From: an uncultured Chloroflexia bacterium
Lineage (GTDB): Bacteria > Chloroflexota > Limnocylindria > Limnocylindrales > CSP1-4
DNA: 64,000 nucleotides
Assembly: GCA_963746845.1 (NCBI GenBank)
Contig: CAVVCZ010000001.1
Location: forward strand, 192,001 to 256,000
Reading direction: 5' to 3'
Positions 17,964 through 27,404 of this stretch are shown piece after piece; position 1 is the stretch's first letter, and the number at the start of each line of letters is the position of its first letter. The notes below the pieces were generated by a model. The model saw only the letters and a program-made list of their open reading frames with translations, was not told where the DNA came from and ran no database searches. The translations under genes and the position numbers were made by a program.

Positions 17964-19168
17964 CGGAGACCCTGCAGATCCCCGAGACGCGGGTCCCCGA
18001 CGAGGCGAACCTCGTCACCCACCTGTCGATCGCGGGCCTCCGGTCGTACGCGGCGCTCGAGATCGACTTCGCGGCCGGGCCACAGCTGGTCGCCGGACCG
18101 AACGCCGCCGGCAAGACGACCCTGCTCGAGGCGATCGTCCTGCTCGCCTGGGGCCGCTCACACCGGACCTCGACCGACGCGGAGCTCATCCGGTGGGGCA
18201 TGGACCTCGCCCGCGTCGAAGGCCGCGCGGGCCGCGAGTCCATCGAGGTCGCGCTCGTCCGGCCCGGGTCGGACGGGGCCGCCCGCGGCGCCCGGAAGCG
18301 GATCCGCGTCAACGGGGTGGCACGACGGTCGACCGGCCTCGTCGGGCTGCTCCGGACCGTGGTCTTCGCCCCCGAGGAGATGCTCCTCGTCGCGGGCTCG
18401 CCGGGTCTCCGGCGCGCCGCGGTGGACCAGCTGGCAACCCAGCGGTCGGTGACCTATGCCCACGACCTCGCGACCTACACGCGGACGCTCCAGCAGCGGA
18501 ACAGCCTCCTGCGGGCGATCCGCGAGGAGCAGGCCGGCCGGGACGAGCTGGGGTTCTGGGACGCGTCGTTCCTCGACTCGGGCGCGGCGATCGTCGCCGA
18601 GCGGCTGCGGCTCCTCGCCGACCTCGGGGAGCCCCTGGCCCGGGCCCACGCCGAGATCGCCCCCGACGAGGCCGACGCGGCGCGGCTGGGGGTGGGCTAT
18701 GTGACGAACGCGCCGGCACTCACCGGGGAGTCGCCGCGGGACGCGCTGGCCCGCCGGCTCACGGAGACGGCCGAGAAGGAGGTCTGGAACGGCTCCACGC
18801 TCATCGGCCCGCACCGTGACGACCTCGTCTTCACCCTCGACGGGCGCGACATGGCCGGCTTCGCGTCCCGCGGCCAGCAGCGGACGGCGATCCTCGCGTT
18901 CAAGCTCGCGGAGCTCGACCTGCTGACCGCCCAGGACGGTCGCCCGCCGCTCCTGCTGCTCGACGACGTCTTCTCGGAGCTGGATCCGGAGCGACGCGCC
19001 CACCTCGTCCGGCGGATCGCGGACCTGCCCCAGTCGTTCGTCACGACGACGACACTCGACGACCTCGATCCGGCCCTCGTCACGGCGTCGACGGCCTGGG
19101 AGGTGTCCGCGGACGCGGGCGACGGGGCGACGCTGCGACCCGCGGGCGCCCGACCCGCGGGCCCGTGA
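17960..19168 (+). CDS. recF: RecF (inferred CTG start overlapping dnaN stop)
   Basis: In-frame LRSY..GPNAAGKTTLLEAI (Walker A) upstream of tracked ATG 18200; GPHRDDL, ASRGQQR, LLLDDVFSELD. Confidence 0.93.
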   Translation: MTETLQIPETRVPDEANLVTHLSIAGLRSYAALEIDFAAGPQLVAGPNAAGKTTLLEAIVLLAWGRSHRTSTDAELIRWGMDLARVEGRAGRESIEVALVRPGSDGAARGARKRIRVNGVARRSTGLVGLLRTVVFAPEEMLLVAGSPGLRRAAVDQLATQRSVTYAHDLATYTRTLQQRNSLLRAIREEQAGRDELGFWDASFLDSGAAIVAERLRLLADLGEPLARAHAEIAPDEADAARLGVGYVTNAPALTGESPRDALARRLTETAEKEVWNGSTLIGPHRDDLVFTLDGRDMAGFASRGQQRTAILAFKLAELDLLTAQDGRPPLLLLDDVFSELDPERRAHLVRRIADLPQSFVTTTTLDDLDPALVTASTAWEVSADAGDGATLRPAGARPAGP

Positions 19169-19186
19169 CCGCCCCATGACCGCCCC

Positions 19187-19519
19187 GTGACGAGCCGGCG
19201 CCGGCCGATGGTCCGGATCGGCGACCTTCTGCCGGACGCAGCTCGCGGTCTCGGCCTCGAGGATGAGCTGCGTCTGTCCCGGGCGATGGCGACGTTCGAG
19301 CAGCTGGTCGGCGAGCGCGTCCCGGCTGCGTCCGGGTCGTGCCGGGTCGTCCGCGTCGACGGGGCCACGATCGTGGTCGAGGCCGACGCCCCGATCGTCG
19401 CCCAGGAGCTCCGCCTCCACGTGCCCGAGCTCCTCGCGGCGCTCGCCGGCAGCCCGGCCGGAGCCGGCGTGCGGGAGATCCGGGTCGGCGTCGGTCGCGG
19501 GACCCCGCGTCCGGGCTGA
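19187..19519 (+). CDS. dciA: DUF721/DciA-family helicase loader
   Basis: Follows recF; IGDLL...VG..V...CRVVRVDGATIVVEA..AQEL pattern. Confidence 0.7.
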   Translation: MTSRRRPMVRIGDLLPDAARGLGLEDELRLSRAMATFEQLVGERVPAASGSCRVVRVDGATIVVEADAPIVAQELRLHVPELLAALAGSPAGAGVREIRVGVGRGTPRPG

Positions 19520-19684
19520 CGCGGGCACCGGGATGCAGGGGGTGAGCGATCCACAGGCCGCCGCTATACTGCGCGGGCCTGCCAGCCAAGCTCGGGGCGT
19601 TCGTCCCGAATTCATTCGGGGCCGCCCGGGCGATCCGCGCCTGTCCGCCGATCCCTGGCGCTCACGACAACGAGAGACCTGACT

Positions 19685-22000
19685 TTGGCCGTCCGTCTGC
19701 AGATGAAGCTCGGGGTGATCGCCGAGCCCGAGCGCGCGTCCGACTCTCCCGACACGGTCGTGATCGTCGAGCCGACGATCGGGGCGATCGCGCGATCCAA
19801 GGGCAACCTGTACCTGATCGTCACCTCGACCGTGTCGTCGGCGAAGGCCCAGGAGGCCACCCAGCTCGCGGCCGAGTCCATCCGGGGCGAGTACTACTAC
19901 GACGAGTCGGCCGGCATCCGCGTCTGCATCGAGAAGGCGATTGCCTCGGCGAACAAGCGCCTGAACCATCAGCGCGAGCGCCTCGCGCTGCAGGGGACCG
20001 GCGAGAACGGCCCGGTCGGGATCGGGATCGCCGTCGTCCGCAACAACGAGCTGTACGTCGCGACGATCGGCCCGGCCGAGGCCTACCTGATCCGCCAGGC
20101 CCGGCTGTCGACGCTGCCGGATCCGCACCGCGAGCGCGGCCTCCCGACGGGCGACCTGGAGCCGGACGTCTGGCGCGGCGAGATCAACGTGGGCGATTCG
20201 CTCGTCCTGGTCTCGCCGAACGTGATGAGCCGGCTCGCCGCGGACGAGCTCAAGGACGCGATGGTCACGCTCCATCCGCAGCCCGCGATGGAGCATCTCC
20301 ACCACCGGTTCCTCGCGGCGGACGGCGCCGGCAGCGACGCCATCATCGCGTTCGAGGCCACCGAGGTCGCCTCGACCCACCGGTCGCGGACGCTCGTGCC
20401 GGTCCGGCCTGCCGAGCCGCTCGCCGGTGCGCCGGACCGATCGCCGATCCCCCTGGCCGACAATGTGAGCGGCGGGGTGGCGGCCGTGACGGCATCGGCG
20501 GGCCGGGCCAAGGCGGCGGCCGGCGGCGTCTTCGCGGGGCTGCTCCGGCGGGTCCAGGACCTGATGCCGCGCCGTCGGGCGGCGTATCGGCGGGTGACCC
20601 CGGCGTCGAGCAAGCGCGAGACCCAGCGTAGGGCCGCGGTCGCGATCCTCGCCCTGGTCGTCGTGATCGGCGGTCTGGCGGGCTTCATCTACACGATCGG
20701 CGGGCAGGGGACCGGCGGACCACTCGCGTCGGTCACGGCGGCCGAAGCCGCCCTTCGGACCGTCCGGACGGATCTCGGCCAGGTCTTCGCGCCCGGCGTC
20801 GACCTCGTCGAGGGGGACCCCGGCAAGGCGATGCAGCTGCTGACCGACGCGTACCACGCGGTCGATGCGGCGAAGACCGCCAACGTGCCGCCGTCGACCC
20901 TCGACCCGCTCCGCGCCCAGGTCACCGGTGGGCTCGACCGTCTCTTCCACGTCGTCCCGGTCGGCAGCGCCACGGTCGTCTCGTTCGCCGGCGCCAAGGC
21001 CCCGGTCGACATCTCGTCGATGATCCTCGGTCCGGACGGGATGCCGTACATCCTCGACAAGGCGTCGGGGTCGGTCTACCGGATCGACCTCCGGACGAAG
21101 AAGCCCACCCTCGTCTTCCGCCAGAAGACCAAGGCCGCCGGGGCGACCGAGGGGGTCCCGAAGCTGCTCGCGACCGGTGGCCGCGACCTGCTCGTCGTCG
21201 ACAACAAGAACGTCGTCTGGCGCTGGCGGCCCGCGGACACGAAGGGCAACGGCACGATCCGGACCGTCAAGGTCGCCGGGTCGCCCGGCTGGGGCGACGA
21301 CGTGGTCGCGGTCGGGACGTTCCTGCGCGACGTGAGCGCGGGCCTCTACAACCTGTACGTCGTCGATCCGTCCGAGCAGAACATCCTCGCCTACACGCCG
21401 GCCCGCGACGGGAGCGGCTTCCCGGTCAACCCGCAGAACCGGCTGAGCGTCGCCCGCGACCTCTCGAAGGTGGACGACCTCCTGATCGACGGCGACATCT
21501 TCGTCGCCGACAACGGCGCGCTGTTCCGGTTCGTCGGCGGCAAGAGCGAGGGCTGGGAGACCCAGCCGCCGGGCTACACGGGTGACACCCGGGACGGCGA
21601 CACGCTCCTGCGGACGACGCCGTACTACTCACTGATCGCGTCCGCCAGCGACAAGCGGACGGGCGTGCTCTACGCCTGGGATCGCGACAATGCGCGGGTC
21701 GTGGCCCTCGACAAGGCCAAGGGGACGTTCATCGAGCAGTACCGGCTCGCGGGCGGCAGCCCGCTCTGGGCGGACGTGCGCGGCATGTACGTGGTCCTCG
21801 GCTCCGGGCCGGAGGCGCCGACGACCCTCGTCTGGGCGACGAAGGACGGGGTCCAGACCGCCGTGCTCGAGGCGGTGCCGGACACCGCGCCCGGCGCATC
21901 GGGATCCCCGTCCCCGTCCGGCTCGGGGGTGCCGAGCTCCGCCAAGCCCTCAGCCAAGCCCTCGGCAAAACCGTCCGCCAAGGCGAGCCCACGGCGCTAG
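19685..22000 (+). CDS. Membrane protein: degenerate PP2C-like domain + TM + extracellular beta-propeller-like domain
   Basis: PP2C fold pattern lacking metal-binding Asp motifs; TM at AAVAILALVVVIGG; YILD/LYVVD/IFVAD/LYAWD blade-like repeats; -10 TATACT at 19565. Confidence 0.75.
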   Translation: MAVRLQMKLGVIAEPERASDSPDTVVIVEPTIGAIARSKGNLYLIVTSTVSSAKAQEATQLAAESIRGEYYYDESAGIRVCIEKAIASANKRLNHQRERLALQGTGENGPVGIGIAVVRNNELYVATIGPAEAYLIRQARLSTLPDPHRERGLPTGDLEPDVWRGEINVGDSLVLVSPNVMSRLAADELKDAMVTLHPQPAMEHLHHRFLAADGAGSDAIIAFEATEVASTHRSRTLVPVRPAEPLAGAPDRSPIPLADNVSGGVAAVTASAGRAKAAAGGVFAGLLRRVQDLMPRRRAAYRRVTPASSKRETQRRAAVAILALVVVIGGLAGFIYTIGGQGTGGPLASVTAAEAALRTVRTDLGQVFAPGVDLVEGDPGKAMQLLTDAYHAVDAAKTANVPPSTLDPLRAQVTGGLDRLFHVVPVGSATVVSFAGAKAPVDISSMILGPDGMPYILDKASGSVYRIDLRTKKPTLVFRQKTKAAGATEGVPKLLATGGRDLLVVDNKNVVWRWRPADTKGNGTIRTVKVAGSPGWGDDVVAVGTFLRDVSAGLYNLYVVDPSEQNILAYTPARDGSGFPVNPQNRLSVARDLSKVDDLLIDGDIFVADNGALFRFVGGKSEGWETQPPGYTGDTRDGDTLLRTTPYYSLIASASDKRTGVLYAWDRDNARVVALDKAKGTFIEQYRLAGGSPLWADVRGMYVVLGSGPEAPTTLVWATKDGVQTAVLEAVPDTAPGASGSPSPSGSGVPSSAKPSAKPSAKPSAKASPRR

Positions 22001-22025
22001 GGCGTCGGCCGCTCCACCCGACGGC

Positions 22026-22769
22026 GTGATCCCCCTCCGCGACGCGAACCCGACGCGTCGGGCGCCCGTGATCACGATCGGGCTCGTCGCGGCCTGCGTG
22101 GTCGCGTTCGCCTACGAGCTCGGCACCCAGTCGACCGGGGGCGACGCGGCCCTGAACGAGCTCTTCACGACGTACGGGCTCGTGCCCGCGACGGTCGTCG
22201 CGGCGGTCAAGGCGGGCGGGCCTGGATCGTTCGTCGCGATCGCGCTGCCGACGATCCTCACCAGCATGTTCCTGCACGGCGGCTGGATCCACCTGATCGG
22301 CAACATGATCTATCTGTGGATCTTCGGGAACAACATCGAGGACCGCTTCGGGCGGATCGGGTTCCTGCTGTTCTATCTCGCCGGTGGCGTCGCGGCCGCC
22401 GTCACCCAGGTCTGGATGGACCCGACCTCGACGATCCCGATCATCGGGGCGTCAGGGGCGATCGCGGCGGTCCTCGGCGCGTATCTCGTCCTGTACCCGC
22501 GGGCCCGGGTCCTGTCGCTCGTCTTCCTCGGCTTCTTCTACCAGCTGCTCGAGGTGCCGGCCGTCATCGTCCTCGGCCTGTGGTTCTTCCTCCAGCTGAT
22601 CGACGGGCTCGCGTCACTCGGCGTGGAGGCTTCGAACAGCGGCGTCGCGCTGTTCGAGCACATCGGCGGGTTCCTGTTCGGCGTGGCGGTCGGGGCGACC
22701 GTGCGGGCGATCGGGGCTGCCCGGACGCCGCGCCCGACCGGGCCGCTGGACGAGTTCCGCGTGGGATAA
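22026..22769 (+). CDS. Rhomboid intramembrane serine protease
   Basis: IPLRD, SMFLHGGWIHLIGNM, GASG and HIGG catalytic motifs. Confidence 0.93.
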   Translation: MIPLRDANPTRRAPVITIGLVAACVVAFAYELGTQSTGGDAALNELFTTYGLVPATVVAAVKAGGPGSFVAIALPTILTSMFLHGGWIHLIGNMIYLWIFGNNIEDRFGRIGFLLFYLAGGVAAAVTQVWMDPTSTIPIIGASGAIAAVLGAYLVLYPRARVLSLVFLGFFYQLLEVPAVIVLGLWFFLQLIDGLASLGVEASNSGVALFEHIGGFLFGVAVGATVRAIGAARTPRPTGPLDEFRVG

Positions 22770-22776
22770 TCGGCCA

Positions 22777-23376
22777 ATGGCCAGCGAGGAGCCGCCCGCC
22801 GGAAACGGACTCGTCGAGATGGTGGTCGAGAGCGTGCGGGTGCACATGCTGTCGAGCCGCCATGTGGTCATCCTCAAGGAGACCGACCACGATCGCTACC
22901 TCCCGATCTGGATCGGGCCGTGGGAGGCGAGCGCGATCGCGATGAAGCTCCAGGGCCTGACCGCCGACCGGCCCCTCACCCACGACCTGTTCGCGACCGC
23001 CCTCGAAAGCCTCGGGGTCCGGGTCGACAAGGTCGTGATCTCCACGCTCGCCGAGGAGACGTACCACGCCCGGCTCCACCTGGAGCGGGACGGGTCCACG
23101 TTCGAGATCGACTCACGGCCGTCCGATGCGCTGGCGCTCGCGGTCCGCACGGGCGGGCGGATCTTCGCGAGCGAGGCGGTCCTCGAGCAGGCCGCGCTCG
23201 GCGGCGACGCGACGGGCGACGAGGAGGGCGAGACGAGCTCCGAGGGGACCGCCCTCGAGTCGACGGGCGAGCAGATCGTCGACCCGCGGCTGGACGTCTT
23301 CCGCGACTTCGTGAACTCGCTCGACGTCGATCCGGAGACGGGTGAAGGCCGAACCCGCGGCAGCAGCGACGGCTAG
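22777..23376 (+). CDS. Bifunctional nuclease (DUF151/BFN) family
   Basis: LPIWIGPWEASAI, RPLTHDL, IDSRPSDALALA. Confidence 0.93.
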   Translation: MASEEPPAGNGLVEMVVESVRVHMLSSRHVVILKETDHDRYLPIWIGPWEASAIAMKLQGLTADRPLTHDLFATALESLGVRVDKVVISTLAEETYHARLHLERDGSTFEIDSRPSDALALAVRTGGRIFASEAVLEQAALGGDATGDEEGETSSEGTALESTGEQIVDPRLDVFRDFVNSLDVDPETGEGRTRGSSDG

Positions 23377-24173
23377 GACAGGATCCGCTCGCCGCGGCGG
23401 AGGGCGCGCGCCCGGTTGGACCACACCCGGAGGCGCAGGTACCAGAAGTCGCGGACCGCGCGGAACACCACCGACGGCTTCGCGCCGGTCGGTGAGCCGG
23501 CCGTCCGCGGGTAGTGCGGCACGCCCACCTCGGCCACGGTCCGTCCGGCCGCCTGGAGCTTGATCAAGAGCTCCGCGGAGAAGAAGGCGCCGCCGGATTC
23601 CACGCCGATCCCCTCGAGGGACGAGCGTCGGAACAGCTTGCAGGCGCAGTCGACGTCGCGGACCTTCAGCCCGAAGAAGACGCGGTTCGCGAGCCGGTAG
23701 AGACGCGCGTAGACGGTCCGCACCAGCGGGTCGGCCCGCTTGATCCGGAACCCGACCACCACGTCGGGGGCGTCGGCGGCGGCCATCCGCTCGATGAGCC
23801 GCCCGATGTCCACGACCTGGAACTGGCGATCGCCGTCGGTGAACGCGACGTGCTCGAACTGCGAGGCGCGGAACCCCGACCGGAGTGCGGCGCCGTAGCC
23901 GCGGTTCGTCGGGTGGTGGACCGCCCGGACGACCCCGGGGTTCGCGGCGACGAGGTCGTCGGCGATCCGGCCCGTGGCGTCCTTCGAGCCGTCGTTGACG
24001 ATGACGATCTCGAACGTCTTGGCGAGGGCCGGGAGGGTCTCGAGGGCCTCGGCGACGAGCCCGGCGAGGTTCGCCTCCTCGTTGTGGGCCGGAAAGAAGT
24101 ACGACAGCCGCGCGACCCGGGCGAGACCCGTGACCGCGGCCGGCTGTGCGGCGGGCACGGCGACCGCGGTCAC
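23373..24173 (-). CDS. GT2 glycosyltransferase, polyprenol-phosphate sugar synthase-like
   Basis: PAHNEE, VNDGSKD, NRGYGAAL, TDGDRQF, DVDCACK; no C-terminal TMs. Confidence 0.88.
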   Translation of the reverse strand: MTAVAVPAAQPAAVTGLARVARLSYFFPAHNEEANLAGLVAEALETLPALAKTFEIVIVNDGSKDATGRIADDLVAANPGVVRAVHHPTNRGYGAALRSGFRASQFEHVAFTDGDRQFQVVDIGRLIERMAAADAPDVVVGFRIKRADPLVRTVYARLYRLANRVFFGLKVRDVDCACKLFRRSSLEGIGVESGGAFFSAELLIKLQAAGRTVAEVGVPHYPRTAGSPTGAKPSVVFRAVRDFWYLRLRVWSNRARALRRGERILS

Positions 24174-25879
24174 AGGATCGCCGCGCAGGTTGGCGGAGGC
24201 GGTGCCGACCCGGGCTGGGCCTCGCCGCCCTCGATCGGCAGCACGCGCAGGACGTTGCCGGCCATCGGCGCGCCGATCGGCTCGAGCCGGAACCGTCCGT
24301 CGAGCGACGGCAGCTCCCAGTCGCCGTTCCGGATCAGGTAGACGGGCCGGGTCGGCAGGTACAGGTCGATCACGTGGTCGAGCTCTCCGAGGTTGCAGTC
24401 GAGGCGCGTCCGATCGTCGATGATCGAGATGTCAGGACGCTGACGGTCCACGATCGTCGCATACCAGAGTGGCGTCGAGTAGGACCACCACGAGACGACG
24501 ACCGCGTTCGGCTCCAGGACCGAGAGCACCTCGGCCGTCCATTCCTGGGCGGCTCGATCCCCCGTCCGGTCGACGGCGCGGGCTCGCGCGGGCACGGCGA
24601 GGGCGGTCGGGACGAGCAGCAGGATCGCGAGCGACCCGCAGACGACGGCCCGGAGGGCGACCGAGCCGTGCCGGGCTCCGCCGTCCGTCGAGACCCGTCC
24701 CGTGATCCAGTCGGCGATCCCGCCGCCGAGGATCGCGAGCCACGTCCAGCAGATGAGGGCCGGACCGATGTAGTACCGGTCGATCGCGCCGTCCGGGTAG
24801 ACCGAGTTGAAGAAGCAGGTGATGACGAGCGTCGTCCCGGTGAGGAGCGCATACCGCGGCTGCCGGATCGCCGTGACGATGAACGCGGCGACGACGATCG
24901 GGGCGAGGATCCCGAGCTGGCCGGCGGCCATCGCGTTCAGATCCGAGATGCGCTCCGGGATGTTGCCGAACGGATCGGTCAGCCAGCTGTGGAACTGGGC
25001 CCCGAGGCTCACGTACCAGAACCCGGTCCACGTGCTCGTGTCGGTGTAGACGAACGGCGCCTCGAACCAGCCGGCCCGGAGGATCATCTCGAACCGGACG
25101 AGGACGGTCGGGATCGCGAACGCGAGGACGCACGCCGCCACGAACCGCCTCCGGCGGAAGGTGTCCGCCTCGACGGCGAGGACGTAGAGCAGGATCGGCG
25201 GCCCGAGCAGGAGCGTCAGCGAGTGGTTGCCAACCGCCAGGCCCACGACGATCGCGGCCGCGATCAGTAGGCGGTCCGCTGACCGGGGGTTCGCCGCCGG
25301 GAGCACGTCCGGGTCGACCGGATTGCCGTGGAGCGCCTGCTCCCAGCGGACGAGCAGCCACAGGATGATCGCAAGGAGCGCGAAGTGGAGGGCGTGGGGA
25401 TCCGCGTGCGTCCCGATGGCCCAGACGATCGGGGTGAGGGCGATCCCGACGCCGACCGCGATGCCGAGCGCGAGTGAGCCGGTGAGCCGCCGGGCGAGGT
25501 CGGTCGAGAACGCCGCCCCGACGCCGACGAGGATGGCCGACAGGACGTTCATCCGGAGGGCGGCCTCGCCGAGGGGCTGGAGCAGGACCCCGGCCAGCCA
25601 GCCGACGAGCACATAGGTCGGGAACCCGGTCGGGTGGGCCGTGCCCATCACCGGCAGGGCCGTCTGGAACTCCGCCGTGTCCCAGAAGCCGAGCCCCGGC
25701 ATCAGCCGCCAGAGCGACGCCGCGAGGGCGAACACTCCCACCGCGATTGCGCCGAGCCACGCGAGGGGCAGCCGCAGGTCGCGCTCCGCCGGCCGCGCGA
25801 CCGCCGTGGACGGCGTTCGTACCGGCGTCTGGAGCGTGGATGCCGGCATCTCGCCCGGCTCCCCGGCGATGCCGCTCAC
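24170..25879 (-). CDS. DUF2723/TMEM260-like GT-C glycosyltransferase
   Basis: WDTAEFQ..GTAHPTGFPTY..RMN..S, GNH, DRYY motifs; GTGA overlap with upstream gene. Confidence 0.82.
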   Translation of the reverse strand: MSGIAGEPGEMPASTLQTPVRTPSTAVARPAERDLRLPLAWLGAIAVGVFALAASLWRLMPGLGFWDTAEFQTALPVMGTAHPTGFPTYVLVGWLAGVLLQPLGEAALRMNVLSAILVGVGAAFSTDLARRLTGSLALGIAVGVGIALTPIVWAIGTHADPHALHFALLAIILWLLVRWEQALHGNPVDPDVLPAANPRSADRLLIAAAIVVGLAVGNHSLTLLLGPPILLYVLAVEADTFRRRRFVAACVLAFAIPTVLVRFEMILRAGWFEAPFVYTDTSTWTGFWYVSLGAQFHSWLTDPFGNIPERISDLNAMAAGQLGILAPIVVAAFIVTAIRQPRYALLTGTTLVITCFFNSVYPDGAIDRYYIGPALICWTWLAILGGGIADWITGRVSTDGGARHGSVALRAVVCGSLAILLLVPTALAVPARARAVDRTGDRAAQEWTAEVLSVLEPNAVVVSWWSYSTPLWYATIVDRQRPDISIIDDRTRLDCNLGELDHVIDLYLPTRPVYLIRNGDWELPSLDGRFRLEPIGAPMAGNVLRVLPIEGGEAQPGSAPPPPTCAAIL

Positions 25880-27375
25880 CAGCCCAGGGCGTCGCCCCAC
25901 ACGACGCCCCAGAAGTTGACGACGACGGAGACGACGACGAGCGCAACGGACGCGACGACGGCGAGCCCGGCGACGGTCGGCCAGCCACGCGGCGAGGACA
26001 CCCGGGCGGCCACCCGCTCCAGCCCGATCGCGACGAGGAGCAGCGCCCAGGGCACGAAGTCGTTGCTGAACCGATAGCCGAACTGGACCCAGCCCTGGCT
26101 GAAGTGCATCAGGTTGACGACGGTGACGATCAGCACGGCGATCGCCGCGCCGGTCACGAGACGGCTGTGGCCGTACCCCCAGCGCAGCGCCGGGAGGATG
26201 AGCAGGTAGGCGGGGCTGGTCAGGAGCACGCTCATACCGGTGTCCTGGGGAAGGACGAGCGGGCAGTCGAAGTTGAACCAGCCCCGGACCGAATCCGGGC
26301 TCGTGCACAGCGGCCCGCCCGTGCCGAGCGCGGCCGGGACGACGTCCGGCAGGACGACCGGGGTGTTGAGGAACATGATCTGGAAATTCTGCGGCAGATA
26401 GCGGATGTCCTCGATCGCCCAGTCCAGGTGGTAGTTCAGCGGCGTGTAGAAGCCGGCCTCGAGCTCGTAGAGGTGCTGGTAGCCCGGATGCAGGATGCTG
26501 CCGGCCGTGACGAGGTTGTAGACGGCGAGCGCGGCCAACGGGATCCCCGCCCCGAGCGCGGCGGACCAGCCGCGGCGCCGCCACGACCCGCCCCACCCGA
26601 CGAAGACGAAGAACGGCGCGGCGAACACGACCGTCAGGCGTGACGTGCATGCGAGCCCGAACAGGAGCCCGGCCAGGAACTGGCGTCGGTCCGGAAGGAG
26701 GGCACCGAGCCACGCCCGGGACCGGGCCGCCACGGCCTGCCCATCGTGGAGCGCATCGACGTCGTCCTCGCGGAACGCCGCGGACGGATCGCCCCGGATC
26801 GCGACCCCGATCGCCAGCAGGGCCAGCCCGACGGCCAGGACGTGCGCCTGGTACCAGGTCGTCCCGAGCTGGGCGGTGTACCAGAACACGGTCCCGAACG
26901 CGAAGAACACGGTCGCCGCGAACCGGACCCAGGTCCGGATCGGCAGCATCCCCAGGACCCACCAGGCGATCCCCACGTCGACCGCCCCGAGGATCGCGAA
27001 GACCAGCTGGCCGTCGGTCGTGACGCCCCACAGGGCGACGAACGGCAGCAGGACGACGGCCGGGAGCGGTGGAAAGGGAACCAGCGCCCGCTGAATCCCG
27101 TCGGTCGTGGGGACCGGCAGGACATCCTGGAAGAAGCCGTTGCCCGGCGAGCTCGCCGTGGCCTCGACCGGGTACCGAATGGCAGCCTGACCCTCCAGAA
27201 AGGCCATGGCCTGCCACGTGAAGTGGTTGTAGAAACGATCCGGATGACTGACCGTGTAGATGACGAGGGCGATCGCCACCAGACAGGCGCCCACGACGAC
27301 CGTGACGAACGTCGACGACGGGTAGAGGGCGGAGCTGGAGAGCGGCGACCGACCCTGTGCTACCCTGCGATCCAC
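25876..27375 (-). CDS. Polytopic GT-C-like membrane glycosyltransferase (start uncertain)
   Basis: Many TMs, PFPPLPA, GTTWY, GWVQFGYRFSND; context. Confidence 0.6.
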   Translation of the reverse strand: MDRRVAQGRSPLSSSALYPSSTFVTVVVGACLVAIALVIYTVSHPDRFYNHFTWQAMAFLEGQAAIRYPVEATASSPGNGFFQDVLPVPTTDGIQRALVPFPPLPAVVLLPFVALWGVTTDGQLVFAILGAVDVGIAWWVLGMLPIRTWVRFAATVFFAFGTVFWYTAQLGTTWYQAHVLAVGLALLAIGVAIRGDPSAAFREDDVDALHDGQAVAARSRAWLGALLPDRRQFLAGLLFGLACTSRLTVVFAAPFFVFVGWGGSWRRRGWSAALGAGIPLAALAVYNLVTAGSILHPGYQHLYELEAGFYTPLNYHLDWAIEDIRYLPQNFQIMFLNTPVVLPDVVPAALGTGGPLCTSPDSVRGWFNFDCPLVLPQDTGMSVLLTSPAYLLILPALRWGYGHSRLVTGAAIAVLIVTVVNLMHFSQGWVQFGYRFSNDFVPWALLLVAIGLERVAARVSSPRGWPTVAGLAVVASVALVVVSVVVNFWGVVWGDALGW

Positions 27376-27404
27376 CTCAACGCTCGTTCGGGGAGAACCC
27401 TCCC

